DNA from: a virus
Virus record (IMG/VR): IMGVR_UViG_3300027770_003399
Span: 1 to 64,000 of that record
Strand: one strand, 5' to 3'
DNA length: 64,000 nt
Shown: positions 50,520 through 60,688 of the stretch, piece by piece
How the letters are laid out: every line of letters starts with the position of its first letter
Position numbering within the stretch: position 1 is the first letter of the stretch
Notes under the pieces: generated by a model
What the model was told of the DNA's origin: nothing
What the model saw: the letters and a program-made list of their open reading frames with translations, nothing else
The model's database searches: none
Position numbers and translations under genes: made by a program

Positions 50520-51015
50520 ATCGCTGAGAGAACATACGTCTTCTTTAAAAACAAGATTTTTGTGATCATGCTATTGACAAAGCTGTGGCATTGTGGTAAA
50601 ATCAGTAAACAAGGAGAAAAAGAGATGTTTTATTTTACAGATGGCGGTGTTCGGGGCAGTTGTGAACATAAACACAAGACTGTAGAGACGGCCCAAAGAT
50701 GTTTAGACTCTGATCATATCGGTTGTCACTATCAGGGTGGGTATTCGGATCGATCTATCTATTCTCAAGATGGTGATAGAGTAGAGTTAATTGGTTATGG
50801 AGCAGATGACGAATGAAAGAATTTCTAATAGTAAATGCTAACACCAATCAGATATTGGGCAATGAAAATAGTAGAGACAAAGCATTAGATTTTGTCAACG
50901 CGATTTTGCTCAAGTCTGATCTAGAGCGTGTCGATATAGTGGTATATGAAGCAACACCTCTCATGTGGAATCCCCATAGGAAAAAAGTGTATGCTAACTA
51001 CCAATAGGGTGTATT

Positions 51016-51324
51016 ATGAAGGAGTTTTGGAAAATGACCGCTCAGATTTTGTATGTGGTGTTAAGTATCTGTTGTCTATATTATGCTGATTTTTTACACA
51101 AGAATATAAAACCTGCCGAGTCCCCACCAGCAAACATAGAAAAAAAAGATTTTATTCCTTCATGGGAATACTATTGGGCCGCTTACGACAAAAACAATAA
51201 CAAAACCTACTACTATTATAACGGATTATGGTATGACAAGCCAACACAAATACGACAATATCCAAATCAAGATCAAAAAGTTCTGGGAACAGCGAACTGG
51301 ACACAATCCACATATCTCAGGTAG
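51016..51324 (+). CDS. Hypothetical membrane-anchored protein
   Basis: Hydrophobic N-terminus, Tyr/Trp-rich C-terminus. Confidence 0.45.
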   Translation: MKEFWKMTAQILYVVLSICCLYYADFLHKNIKPAESPPANIEKKDFIPSWEYYWAAYDKNNNKTYYYYNGLWYDKPTQIRQYPNQDQKVLGTANWTQSTYLR

Positions 51325-51707
51325 TGGACAACACAATTCTATCCCTAAAAAAGAACGCACAAGGGCAGAATCTAAGAAGGAATCGATAAATGAATGGAAC
51401 GGTATTTGAAATATTTCTCTTGATCGCTCTGGTTTGTGGTATCATAAGCGTTCTTATTAAGAGATATTCTTAATTCTTAAAAATATTTTTCTGAAATATT
51501 CACCTATTGACAAGCGTTGTTTGGTCTGGTAGAATACTATCATGGAGATAAAAATGCCATTTGAGTTCAGCGAAGTCCTTGAAGATAGCTTGGAAGAGTT
51601 TGTTTATGAGGGTTCTAGTTTTTCTTTTTCTAAAGAAGAAGAATCGGACTATTCAGAATGGCTTAACTATTACAAGGATCAGGCAATAGACTTTATAGAT
51701 TGATAAA

Positions 51708-52280
51708 ATGTCTAATAAACTACTACCTATTGAAGATTGGCGTAAGACCGATAGCGGCGAGTATATTGCTGCTACCGATCATACTGGAACAATCCTTAAT
51801 CATCGTAGCAGAAATAAGATCATAGATAAGGCTGTTTGTGAACTTGCTCCAATAGTACATAGGTTTGAAAGTATTGTCTGTTGTGGAACAAGTGGTCTAA
51901 TGGTTGTGCCACAAATAGCGGAAAGACTAAGAAAGAATATAGTTGTAATTCGTAAAGGAACTGAAAATTGTTATTCTGACTTTATGATTGAGGGGCCACA
52001 GCCAAGAAGATTTATTATTGTGGATGATTTAATCTGTTCTGGAAATACTATCAAACATATATTATCTCAAATTAGTATAGAATATAATACAAATGTTTGC
52101 TATCCTGTTGGGATATATTGCTATCTTCCTGAACATTGTTACTATGGATCGTCTTCGCTTGCTTATTACGATAATCCAGACGCTGCGGCAATGAATTTCC
52201 ACAGGAAGTATAAGTTTCATTATCTAAATAGTTATGGAATAAATAAATTGCTAGGATTACCAGCTATTAAAAATGTTTAG
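51708..52280 (+). CDS. Phosphoribosyltransferase-family protein
   Basis: PRPP-binding motif FIIVDDLICSGNT. Confidence 0.8.
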   Translation: MSNKLLPIEDWRKTDSGEYIAATDHTGTILNHRSRNKIIDKAVCELAPIVHRFESIVCCGTSGLMVVPQIAERLRKNIVVIRKGTENCYSDFMIEGPQPRRFIIVDDLICSGNTIKHILSQISIEYNTNVCYPVGIYCYLPEHCYYGSSSLAYYDNPDAAAMNFHRKYKFHYLNSYGINKLLGLPAIKNV

Positions 52281-52521
52281 TTTTCAAGAAATAAAAAAGT
52301 GGGCAAAGCAACAAGGATACAACACCATTAAAGAAGAGGATGGGTATTACTGGACTAAAAATAATAATATAGAATCTAGTGGGGTATCTAAGAGTGTTAG
52401 TAAACTAGCTAGAGATATTTTTAATCATATAACAAACAACAAATGGATTGATTATCAGGCCGAGTATTTGAAGACTATTACAAAAGAGATCGATTTTAAA
52501 TCTTTACAAGGATACCAATAA
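52273..52521 (+). CDS. Hypothetical protein
   Basis: Overlapping, co-oriented ORF. Confidence 0.5.
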   Translation: MFSFQEIKKWAKQQGYNTIKEEDGYYWTKNNNIESSGVSKSVSKLARDIFNHITNNKWIDYQAEYLKTITKEIDFKSLQGYQ

Positions 52522-52850
52522 TGTCATCATTTAAATCATTCTGCGAAACATTAGAAAATAGTGTTGGGGAAAGTAAAGTAGACGACAATCTTCATATAAT
52601 CAGAAAGATGTATGATAAATATGCGACTGCTGAACAAGTGTTGCTTAGACTAGCTAAAGAAGATACATCATTACTTGTTGAGAATTGTGCTACTGTAGAG
52701 TATGAGAGTTTATTTACTCTAAATATTAATGATAAGGTGATGGTTGGGAAAGATTGTGGTAAAGTTGAATCTGTCTTATCTTCGGGTTATAATATAAAGT
52801 TAGATAATGGAGCAAAATATTATTTAGCCTCTGTGAAAGTTCATATCTAA
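52521..52850 (+). CDS. Hypothetical protein
   Basis: Overlapping, co-oriented ORF. Confidence 0.5.
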   Translation: MSSFKSFCETLENSVGESKVDDNLHIIRKMYDKYATAEQVLLRLAKEDTSLLVENCATVEYESLFTLNINDKVMVGKDCGKVESVLSSGYNIKLDNGAKYYLASVKVHI

Positions 52851-53267
52851 ATTATGTGTAATCATTCTTATCTATTGGAGAGGCCCAATGACTCTTATTA
52901 ATATAACATTAATATTATTTGCTATATATATGACTATGGGTTTGCTACTATTGGTTATTATGCTATGTGTAATGATCTATGTTGTTTATGAAATTAATCG
53001 GAAACATATTATCCCCACCAAATTAAAGGAGAAAAAATGTCTAAAAACAAATATTCAGTAACCGCACAAGGAAAACTAATCAATCCCGGTTTGGATAATA
53101 AAGATTTAGACGGACAAACAATACTTCTGTATGATGATATTATAGCAGATACTATGGAGGAAGCAGAAGCTACTTTTAAAAAACTATTTGGATCAACCCA
53201 TGAAATTATTAGGGTTTATTCTGTTCATCTTATTACGAATGATAAAAAACTAGCAAAGGTAGCATAA

Positions 53268-53693
53268 ATGAGAGTAATAGCAATCCTTGTTTTATTGTTT
53301 TGTCTTTTCTCTTTTTTAGAAAATAACAAAGCATCAGAATATGATGATGTATTTGACGCTGCTAAAAATACCAAAGGGATCGTACTATTATATTTTACTG
53401 ATGAAAGTTGTTCTTGGTGTTATAAATTAAAGCCTATATTTAAAACCCCAGAAGTACAAAAGATTATAAGTAAATACTTCTTTGTAGAAATAGACATAAC
53501 AGATAATCCAGAATTATATAGTTTTTATAAGATTTCCTCTATACCAGCTTATATGTTGGTGGACGGTAACAAAAAGATTATTATTAGAGGAATGGGATAC
53601 AAGGACAAAACAAATTTTATAAATTGGTTACAAACTTATAAGAAAGAGGATACTAATGTCAGGAAAAGGATCAAATCCGCGACCAGTAAATAA
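53268..53693 (+). CDS. Exported thioredoxin-like protein
   Basis: Signal-like N-terminus, LYFTDESCSWC, SIPAYMLVD. Confidence 0.8.
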   Translation: MRVIAILVLLFCLFSFLENNKASEYDDVFDAAKNTKGIVLLYFTDESCSWCYKLKPIFKTPEVQKIISKYFFVEIDITDNPELYSFYKISSIPAYMLVDGNKKIIIRGMGYKDKTNFINWLQTYKKEDTNVRKRIKSATSK

Positions 53694-54210
53694 GAAACTC
53701 TATGATACTAATTATGAGCAGATATTTGGCAAAAAGACTAAAATAAAAACCAAACCCAAAAAACCTGCTGAATGGGATGCTGAAGATGTTGCTACAGCAG
53801 AATCTAGAGAAAATGAACCTAGTACAATATGGATAACACAAGATAACGATCAAACAGAAAGATAATAATGAGTAAGCCCCTGATTATTATAACTGGATTA
53901 ATTTATCTCTATGTTGCTGTGGAGCAATGGTACAATGGAAACAATGCTATGTGTTTAGCTTATGTAGGATATAGTTTTAGCAATGTTGGATTATATTTTT
54001 TAGCTCATTAGGAGAATAAATGAAACAACAACAAATAGTTATATTGAAAATTAGTTATGAAGACAAAAATAATCCTCCATCTTCTTGGCATTGGCCCACA
54101 ATAATAGGATGCGAAGATAATTGTGTAGAAATTATGAATTATGGGGGCGTGGAAGAAATTCCTGAAGTGGCCTCTTGACAATGCCGATATTCATGGTACA
54201 ATTGTGTTTT

Positions 54211-54282
54211 TGCGGGATAGCATAATGGTAATGCACCAAACTGTTAATTTGCAAGATATAAGTTCGACTCTTATTCCCGCAG
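54211..54282 (+). tRNA. tRNA-Asn(GTT)
   Basis: TGCGGGA/TCCCGCA acceptor, GCAT/ATGC D arm, CAAA-CTGTTAA-TTTG anticodon arm (top pair mismatched), ATAAG-TTCGACT-CTTAT T arm; promoter at 54175-54202. Confidence 0.8.
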
Positions 54283-54310
54283 TTGTTCTCCCTCTTAAAA
54301 GGATAAATCG

Positions 54311-55228
54311 ATGAGTTATGGTATCTGTTGTATAGTATTGTCTTTAGCCGATCAAGACCCGCCAGTCAAATTTCAGACCATGACATATAAAAGATTTTCC
54401 TCATTAGAAATTAGTGAGGCTCTTAATATTTTAGGTGGTAGAATTTTAAATAATATGAATGTTACTTTCGAGTGCATTAAGTTTTGTTTTCAGAATAATT
54501 ATACCTATCGGATTAGTAGTGATCTATTTCCAATTATGACTTATGACAGAGCAAATATTGAGTTGGGCGATCTTCCTCAATATGATGAGATTTTATCTGC
54601 TATGAGTAAGATTAAAGATTTTGTTACAGCTAATCCAACAAGGGTAAGTTGTCATCCTAGTGAATTTAATGTATTGGCATCTTTTAATAGTGTTGCAGTA
54701 GAGAAAACTATTAAGGAATTAAATTATTATAGTTGGTTTATGGACAAGATCGGTTGTTCACCTGATTATAACTCACCTATGAATATTCATATCCATTCAA
54801 ATGCGGGTGAGAGATCAGAAGTTATTGAGAGATTTATGATTAATTATAATAGATTAGATACTAATTGTAGGAATAGATTGGTTATTGAGAATGATGACAA
54901 GTTGAATTGTTGGAGCGTTAATAGGCTAATCAAATACTTGACCCCTGTTCATAATATACCTATCACATTCGACTACCTGCACCATAAATGTCATCCAGAT
55001 GGACTAACGGAACAAGAAGCATTTGAAATATGTGTAGATACTTGGGGACAATACAAGCCACTATTTCATTATAGTGAGAGTAGAATTCTTGGAGATAATC
55101 CTAGAGCACATGCTGATTATCTAACGTCTTTACCAGACACATACGGGGTGGATGTTGATATTGATCTAGAATTAAAGATGAAAGATAAATGTTTTGAATT
55201 TTTACCAGCAGGAGTAGTATTACAATGA
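54311..55228 (+). CDS. uvsE: UV-damage endonuclease (UVDE)
   Basis: YRISSDLFP, RVSCHPSEFNVLAS, RLVIENDDK, PITFDYLHH, PLFHYSESR, RAHADY, DLELKMKD. Confidence 0.9.
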   Translation: MSYGICCIVLSLADQDPPVKFQTMTYKRFSSLEISEALNILGGRILNNMNVTFECIKFCFQNNYTYRISSDLFPIMTYDRANIELGDLPQYDEILSAMSKIKDFVTANPTRVSCHPSEFNVLASFNSVAVEKTIKELNYYSWFMDKIGCSPDYNSPMNIHIHSNAGERSEVIERFMINYNRLDTNCRNRLVIENDDKLNCWSVNRLIKYLTPVHNIPITFDYLHHKCHPDGLTEQEAFEICVDTWGQYKPLFHYSESRILGDNPRAHADYLTSLPDTYGVDVDIDLELKMKDKCFEFLPAGVVLQ

Positions 55229-55767
55229 ATAAATGTGGTTGTCAAGGACGGTGTTCTTGTGGTAGAGGCTATTCTGGATACCCTCATGTATGGGAAAAGA
55301 ATGACCCTTGGGACAAGACTTTAGATAATATTCCAAAAAATAAACAGATTGAATATGATGCCTATGGACAATATTCCAATTCTGATCCTGATGATTTATT
55401 CTTTAAGGGAACCAAACGAACTAAGCCAGTACCTATTCCATTAAAAGCTGTTGATGACTCTTGGAAATTAGATTATGAAAGAGAACTGAAAGACCCAATC
55501 AAAATTGTTTTTCCTCGATCAGCAGCAGAAGAGGCAGCAGAAAAGGCAGCAAAAGAGACAACATCTGTTGGGCCTGTTTCGATCTTAACTCTAAAAGGAG
55601 TTATCGCTGTTGACGTTAAAGTCGAATCGTTGAATGATTTGGTTATAGATAGTAAAATTTTCAAAATCAAAAGAGCTATACAAGAAAAACTATCTGAAAT
55701 CAAAGAGATTGATATTACTACAAACATTAGCATTGATCTTGTGGATTTGAAACAAACTATTACATAA
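55225..55767 (+). CDS. Hypothetical protein
   Basis: ATGA overlap with uvsE. Confidence 0.5.
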   Translation: MNKCGCQGRCSCGRGYSGYPHVWEKNDPWDKTLDNIPKNKQIEYDAYGQYSNSDPDDLFFKGTKRTKPVPIPLKAVDDSWKLDYERELKDPIKIVFPRSAAEEAAEKAAKETTSVGPVSILTLKGVIAVDVKVESLNDLVIDSKIFKIKRAIQEKLSEIKEIDITTNISIDLVDLKQTIT

Positions 55768-55768
55768 C

Positions 55769-56227
55769 ATGAAGATTATAGATAAGTCTTTAAAAATAGC
55801 TTATGGATTATTCAAGCCTAATCCTTATCAGAGAAGGTATCATTTCGCTATAGCTTTCGATGGGAAAAAACCAATAGGTATTGGACAAAATAATCCTATT
55901 AAAATGAATGCTAAAGCTAAGATGATTGGGGACTTATTTAATATACAAACATATATTGAGTTTCCTTTTCTCCATGCTGAAGTTAATCTATTATGTAATT
56001 TATGGAATGAATACGAGAATATTGATCCATCATGGAAAGTTGTGGTATTGAGAATCAATCGCCCCGGTAAACTTATGATGAGTAAACCCTGCAATAATTG
56101 TGAAAAAATTCTATCTAAGGTTAATTTAAAAAAAATTATTTGGAGTGGAGAAAATGGAGTATTCTGTCAAAGAAGTAAGGATTCTTTCTCAAGTTTGGTC
56201 TTGACAAACCCGAATATAGAGGTATGA
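55769..56227 (+). CDS. Zinc-dependent cytidine/dCMP-deaminase-fold protein
   Basis: LHAEVNLL and SKPCNNC motifs. Confidence 0.75.
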   Translation: MKIIDKSLKIAYGLFKPNPYQRRYHFAIAFDGKKPIGIGQNNPIKMNAKAKMIGDLFNIQTYIEFPFLHAEVNLLCNLWNEYENIDPSWKVVVLRINRPGKLMMSKPCNNCEKILSKVNLKKIIWSGENGVFCQRSKDSFSSLVLTNPNIEV

Positions 56228-56459
56228 TTAAGACTGATTGAGGAATGACAGAAACTAGGAGATAGAATATGACGGTTTCAGAATTGATTCTGGCTCTGGA
56301 AAATTGCGATTGCGTAGACAAGGACAACACAGAGGTGTTGTTCGATCATCGCGGAAAACTTTCTTTTTTAAGTCCAGATGTTCGGTACGATTTGAGTTGT
56401 GCTACTACAACTCTATTTTTTGAAAGCAAACTCTCAAAAGAAGATTATGCGAGGTACAC

Positions 56460-56684
56460 ATGAGATTATTCTGCTCATACTGTAGAGACGATGTTGATTC
56501 AGAAAGATATGATTTCTTGACAGAGCAAAATAGACCTATCGTATGCAAAGGATGTTCCACAGAAGGAAAAGCTATGGGATTTATGGACTATGGGCATAAA
56601 ACAGCCCCACAATTAGTGATGGTTCCTAGCAATGCCAAAGAAACTATCCGCATTTTACATAGGGCGAACAGAAGAGCCAGATAA
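56460..56684 (+). CDS. Small zinc-finger protein
   Basis: CSYC and CKGC pairs. Confidence 0.55.
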   Translation: MRLFCSYCRDDVDSERYDFLTEQNRPIVCKGCSTEGKAMGFMDYGHKTAPQLVMVPSNAKETIRILHRANRRAR

Positions 56685-56765
56685 ATTTTATAAGACCACT
56701 TGACAAGCGATGATGCTCAAGATATACTAAGAGAGATGAGACATAAACCTTCTGGAGAATAGATC

Positions 56766-57179
56766 ATGGGAAAAGGACAAAAACAGTGCGATAAATGTTT
56801 GACGCTAACTGGCCCAAGAGCATTTTGTTGCCCTTCTTGCAAGACTCCCTTTATTTTTAAGGTAAAATCAAAAGAAACAAAAACTACTAAGATTTTGCGT
56901 AATATTGATTGGAAAACTCTGGTATGTGGAGATAGAATAAAGGTAAATGGTGGGCCATACTATATTGGTAAAGACGGTGATTATATTCCTATGGGATACA
57001 GAGGAAAGTTTAGAGTAGAAAAAGTAGAGTTCAATGGGATTCATGCTTATGGAATAGATAAGCATACAGGATATGCTTTTATCTGGATGGGTAAAGATAT
57101 GAAAGATAAGGAGACGAATGTAAATAGGACTGCCCATAAAATAATCAAGTTTAAACTAAAGGAAAACGGTGGTGTATGA
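56766..57179 (+). CDS. Zinc-ribbon protein
   Basis: CDKC...CPSC N-terminus; own promoter near 56700. Confidence 0.55.
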   Translation: MGKGQKQCDKCLTLTGPRAFCCPSCKTPFIFKVKSKETKTTKILRNIDWKTLVCGDRIKVNGGPYYIGKDGDYIPMGYRGKFRVEKVEFNGIHAYGIDKHTGYAFIWMGKDMKDKETNVNRTAHKIIKFKLKENGGV

Positions 57180-57451
57180 ATCGAAAAGAAGTTATTGATA
57201 AATTGGAAGATCACAGGGATGCTATCATAGCACATATGAAAGGCATTACAGATATTCTAAAGAACTCAGCACCAAAGCAACACACAAGAGCATACTCAAT
57301 TTGGATTCCCCAAATAATCACAGCATTAACAAGAAATACTAAGTGGCTACCTAGAGGAGACTATTGTATGCAAGATACTTTGGACGATCTCAGAGAAGTT
57401 TCCACCAAAAACAGTGGCAGTTTGTATAAAGTTGTTGGGGTTGAAAAATGA
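57176..57451 (+). CDS. Hypothetical protein
   Basis: ATGA overlap. Confidence 0.5.
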   Translation: MNRKEVIDKLEDHRDAIIAHMKGITDILKNSAPKQHTRAYSIWIPQIITALTRNTKWLPRGDYCMQDTLDDLREVSTKNSGSLYKVVGVEK

Positions 57452-57813
57452 CAAAAAAATCATATGTAATTACTCACTTTGATAGCTTTGCAATAGACAT
57501 TAGAAAAGCAGTTGCTGATGCTCTTGTACACAGTAAATTTCCAGATGGTGAAAACACGACAATAGACCTTGATAGTTATATGACAATACATCAAGTTAAA
57601 GACATTATTAGAAATAATGCTCTAGAAGTTACTGATGATGATTGTCCTGTTGTTGATCTAAAAGGTATGGATAATGCTTGGACACAGATTGATACTGGAC
57701 TCTATAATGCGACACTGTCTAAACTAGCAGCTAGTGGACATATTGAATGTGGCTGGGATGAAAGTACAAATAATATGATGTTTTGGCCCAAAGAAAAAAA
57801 AGAAGAAAAATAA
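57448..57813 (+). CDS. Hypothetical protein
   Basis: ATGA overlap; LSKLAASGHIECGWD. Confidence 0.55.
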   Translation: MTKKSYVITHFDSFAIDIRKAVADALVHSKFPDGENTTIDLDSYMTIHQVKDIIRNNALEVTDDDCPVVDLKGMDNAWTQIDTGLYNATLSKLAASGHIECGWDESTNNMMFWPKEKKEEK

Positions 57814-57861
57814 TTAAAGGACTTGACAAGGTCTGATCGAACAGGTAGAATAGATACATAT

Positions 57862-57937
57862 GGGGCGTAAGGTAAGCCGGTTGCATCCGTCACTCTTATA
57901 AGGTGATCATAGGTACGTTCAACTCGTACACGCCCTA
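57862..57937 (+). tRNA. tRNA-Ile(TAT), rare UAU anticodon
   Basis: GGGGCGT/ACGCCCT acceptor; TCACT-CTTATAA-GGTGA anticodon arm; GTACG-TTCAACT-CGTAC T arm; weak D stem; own promoter TTGACA-17-TAGAAT at 57823-57851. Confidence 0.7.
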
Positions 57938-57998
57938 TTTTATAGTTTTAGTGTATTCTTTTTTATATAGAAGATTACTTATTTTAAAAGGACATACC

Positions 57999-59243
57999 AT
58001 GAATCGTAGACATTTTCTAAGCCATGTTGCTGGAACAGCAGCAGTAGCAGCACCAATCTCTAATTTTGCAAATTCTATTTTAGCAAATGTTGCTGATCTT
58101 CGCAAAAGACACAAATCCGCTATTCTATTGTGGATGGGTGGTGGGCCAAGCACTATTGATCTATGGGATTTAAAATCTGGTACTCCTACAGCAGGCCAAT
58201 TTAAAAGCATCTCAACCAGTGCTGATGGAGTATCTATCTGTGAACACCTGCCTCTAATGTCCAAGCAGATGCACCACATGAGCATCGTGAGAAGCATGAG
58301 CACTAGAGAAGCCGATCATATGCGTGGAAGATATTATATGCACACAGGATATGTTCCAACTCCTAGTATTGATCATCCTAGTTATGGCAGCGTTATTTCT
58401 CACGAATTAATGGCATCTATTCCAGAACTAGAAATCCCTTCATTCGTTAGTGTTGGTGGAGGCAGTGTCGGCCCCGGCTTTTTAGGCATGGGCTATTCTC
58501 CATTTGTTGTAGATTCTAATGGAAACATTAGAGATTTAGATATGGGAATAGATAATGAAAGAGTTATGCAGAGGCTACAAATGCTATCTGCTATAGAGAA
58601 TAAATTTATTGCTGAAAATAGGGGAGGTGGAGCTTCTGATCATCTGAAAATTGTTGATAGAACAGTAAAGCTAATGACAAGTAAACAGATGGATGCTTTT
58701 AAAGTAAGCAAAGAACCAAAAGAGATGCTTGAAAAATATGGTAATACTGGTTTTGGAAAAGGTTGCTTGATGGCTAGGAGACTCGTTGAAATCGGAGTTC
58801 CTTTCATCGAAGTAGATTTAGGAGGATGGGATAATCATACTGATATTTTTAAAACACTAGAAAATCAAAAACTCCCAGAATTAGACAAAGCTATGAGTGC
58901 TTTAGTAAGTGATCTAAATGATAGGGGTCTATTAGAAGATACTGCCATTATTTGGATGGGGGAATTTGGTAGAACTCCCAATATCAATGCTAACGGAGGA
59001 CGAGATCACTGGGCAAAGAGTTGGAGTGTTGTTGTTGGTGGGGCAGGATTTAAGGGTGGGCTAGTGGTTGGAGAAACTAGCGAAGATGGCAAGGATGTTA
59101 TATCAGAGCCATATTCTTCACAGGATTTAATGGCTAGTGTTATAAAATCTCTTGGAATTTCTCTTGAAACTACTTTTACTTCTAAGAGTGGTAGACCTAT
59201 GAAGATTGCTAATTCTGGCAAAATTATAAAAGAATTATTCTAA
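57999..59243 (+). CDS. DUF1501-family protein with Tat signal
   Basis: MNRRHFL; ILLWMGGGPSTIDLWDLK, ICEHLP, VRSM, HPSYGSV, YGNTGFGKGCLMARRLVEIGVPFIEV, GGWDNH, WMGEFGRTP, GGRDHW. Start moved from 57903, which overlaps the tRNA. Confidence 0.9.
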   Translation: MNRRHFLSHVAGTAAVAAPISNFANSILANVADLRKRHKSAILLWMGGGPSTIDLWDLKSGTPTAGQFKSISTSADGVSICEHLPLMSKQMHHMSIVRSMSTREADHMRGRYYMHTGYVPTPSIDHPSYGSVISHELMASIPELEIPSFVSVGGGSVGPGFLGMGYSPFVVDSNGNIRDLDMGIDNERVMQRLQMLSAIENKFIAENRGGGASDHLKIVDRTVKLMTSKQMDAFKVSKEPKEMLEKYGNTGFGKGCLMARRLVEIGVPFIEVDLGGWDNHTDIFKTLENQKLPELDKAMSALVSDLNDRGLLEDTAIIWMGEFGRTPNINANGGRDHWAKSWSVVVGGAGFKGGLVVGETSEDGKDVISEPYSSQDLMASVIKSLGISLETTFTSKSGRPMKIANSGKIIKELF

Positions 59244-59348
59244 AAAACTAAAGTTTAGAAACCCATCAATCCGATACTTGACAAGACGATTGATCTGTGG
59301 TAGAATGAGTTCTAGGAATAGAAGCATAGAAAAATTTGGAGAAGTATA

Positions 59349-60677
59349 ATGATCTTGGTCAATGCAAAAGCCTTGGACACAAAAGCCTTGTTGAGAGACT
59401 TGAATAATCTGTGCGTGGAACTACAATCCACAAGCAGCAGCAATGATAAGATTGCTATTCTTAAAAAACACCTAGTGACTAACTATCATAGTCAAGATTT
59501 AATTAAACTTGTTAGATATATTTATCATCCCACATATCAATTTTATGTGACCAGTGATAATCTGGTAAAGAAAAACCACCTAACAGGTTCCTCTTATGTT
59601 GACATATTTGACTTGTTGGACGATCTCAGAACAAGAAAGATTACTGGTCACGATGCTATTGGAGCAATTAATACTTTTGTCTCTAATTTCCCATCATACG
59701 CAGACCTTATCCACTGCATCATAGACAAAGACCTAAAGACTAGAGCGGGAGATAAGATTATCAATAAGGTTATTCCTGATCTTATTCCTATCTTTGAAGT
59801 TGCTCTTGCTGCTAGTTATGAAGATGCTAAGGTGGATTTTGCCGACAGGTGGTATTCATCTCAGAAAATGGACGGGGCGAGATGTATCGTAGTGGTTGAC
59901 GACAAAGGAAAAACAACTACTTTTTCAAGACAAGGCAAAATCTTTGAAACTCTTGGCTTGGTACAAGAAGCTATTGAGTCTCTAGGTTTAAAAGATGTTG
60001 TATTTGATGGGGAAATTTGTTTACTAGATTTTCAGGGCAAAGAGAGTTTTCAGGGAATAATGAAGTTGATAAGAAAGAAAGACTTTACTATTTCAAATCC
60101 TGTGTTTAAAATATTTGATCTATTGTCTTCCAAAGAGTTCTATGATAGAGTAGGTTCAAGAAGTTTAAGTGTAAGACTATCCAATCTTAATGATATTTTA
60201 TCTAAAAATGATAATCCAACACTAACTATTCTGACCCAAACTCTGATTAAAGATCAAAAACATTTTGAATATTTGATCCAAGAATCAGTAGAAAATAAGT
60301 GGGAGGGTCTTATTCTAAGGAAAGATGCTGGATATAAGGGGAAAAGGAGCAAAGATTTACTCAAGCAAAAATCTTTCTTTGATGATGAATACCAGATTAT
60401 GGATACAGAGATGGGTAAATTTAGGTATCTTAAAGAGGGTAAAGAATATGAAGAAACTATGCTATCTAGTATAATTATTCATCACAAGGGGAATTCGGTT
60501 GGGGTAGGTTCTGGGTTTACTGTGGATCAAAGACAAGAATTTTATAAAAACCCAAAAAAGATTCTGGGTAAGATTGCTACTATCCAATATTTTGAAGAAA
60601 CTAAAAATCAAAATGGGGGAATTTCTTTGAGGTTTCCAACATTTAAATATTTGCACGGTGAAGAAAGAGACACATAA
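59349..60677 (+). CDS. lig: ATP-dependent DNA ligase
   Basis: KMDGARC (KxDG), VFDGEI, FKIFDLL, WEGLILRK, LLKQK, VGVGSGF, SLRFP. Confidence 0.92.
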   Translation: MILVNAKALDTKALLRDLNNLCVELQSTSSSNDKIAILKKHLVTNYHSQDLIKLVRYIYHPTYQFYVTSDNLVKKNHLTGSSYVDIFDLLDDLRTRKITGHDAIGAINTFVSNFPSYADLIHCIIDKDLKTRAGDKIINKVIPDLIPIFEVALAASYEDAKVDFADRWYSSQKMDGARCIVVVDDKGKTTTFSRQGKIFETLGLVQEAIESLGLKDVVFDGEICLLDFQGKESFQGIMKLIRKKDFTISNPVFKIFDLLSSKEFYDRVGSRSLSVRLSNLNDILSKNDNPTLTILTQTLIKDQKHFEYLIQESVENKWEGLILRKDAGYKGKRSKDLLKQKSFFDDEYQIMDTEMGKFRYLKEGKEYEETMLSSIIIHHKGNSVGVGSGFTVDQRQEFYKNPKKILGKIATIQYFEETKNQNGGISLRFPTFKYLHGEERDT

Positions 60678-60688
60678 TAAGTAGCCGC

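Noticed and set aside
57903-57998. N-terminal extension of DUF1501 given in the ORF track
   Set aside because: It overlaps tRNA-Ile; the ATG at 57999 has an AAGGA RBS and gives a proper Tat signal.
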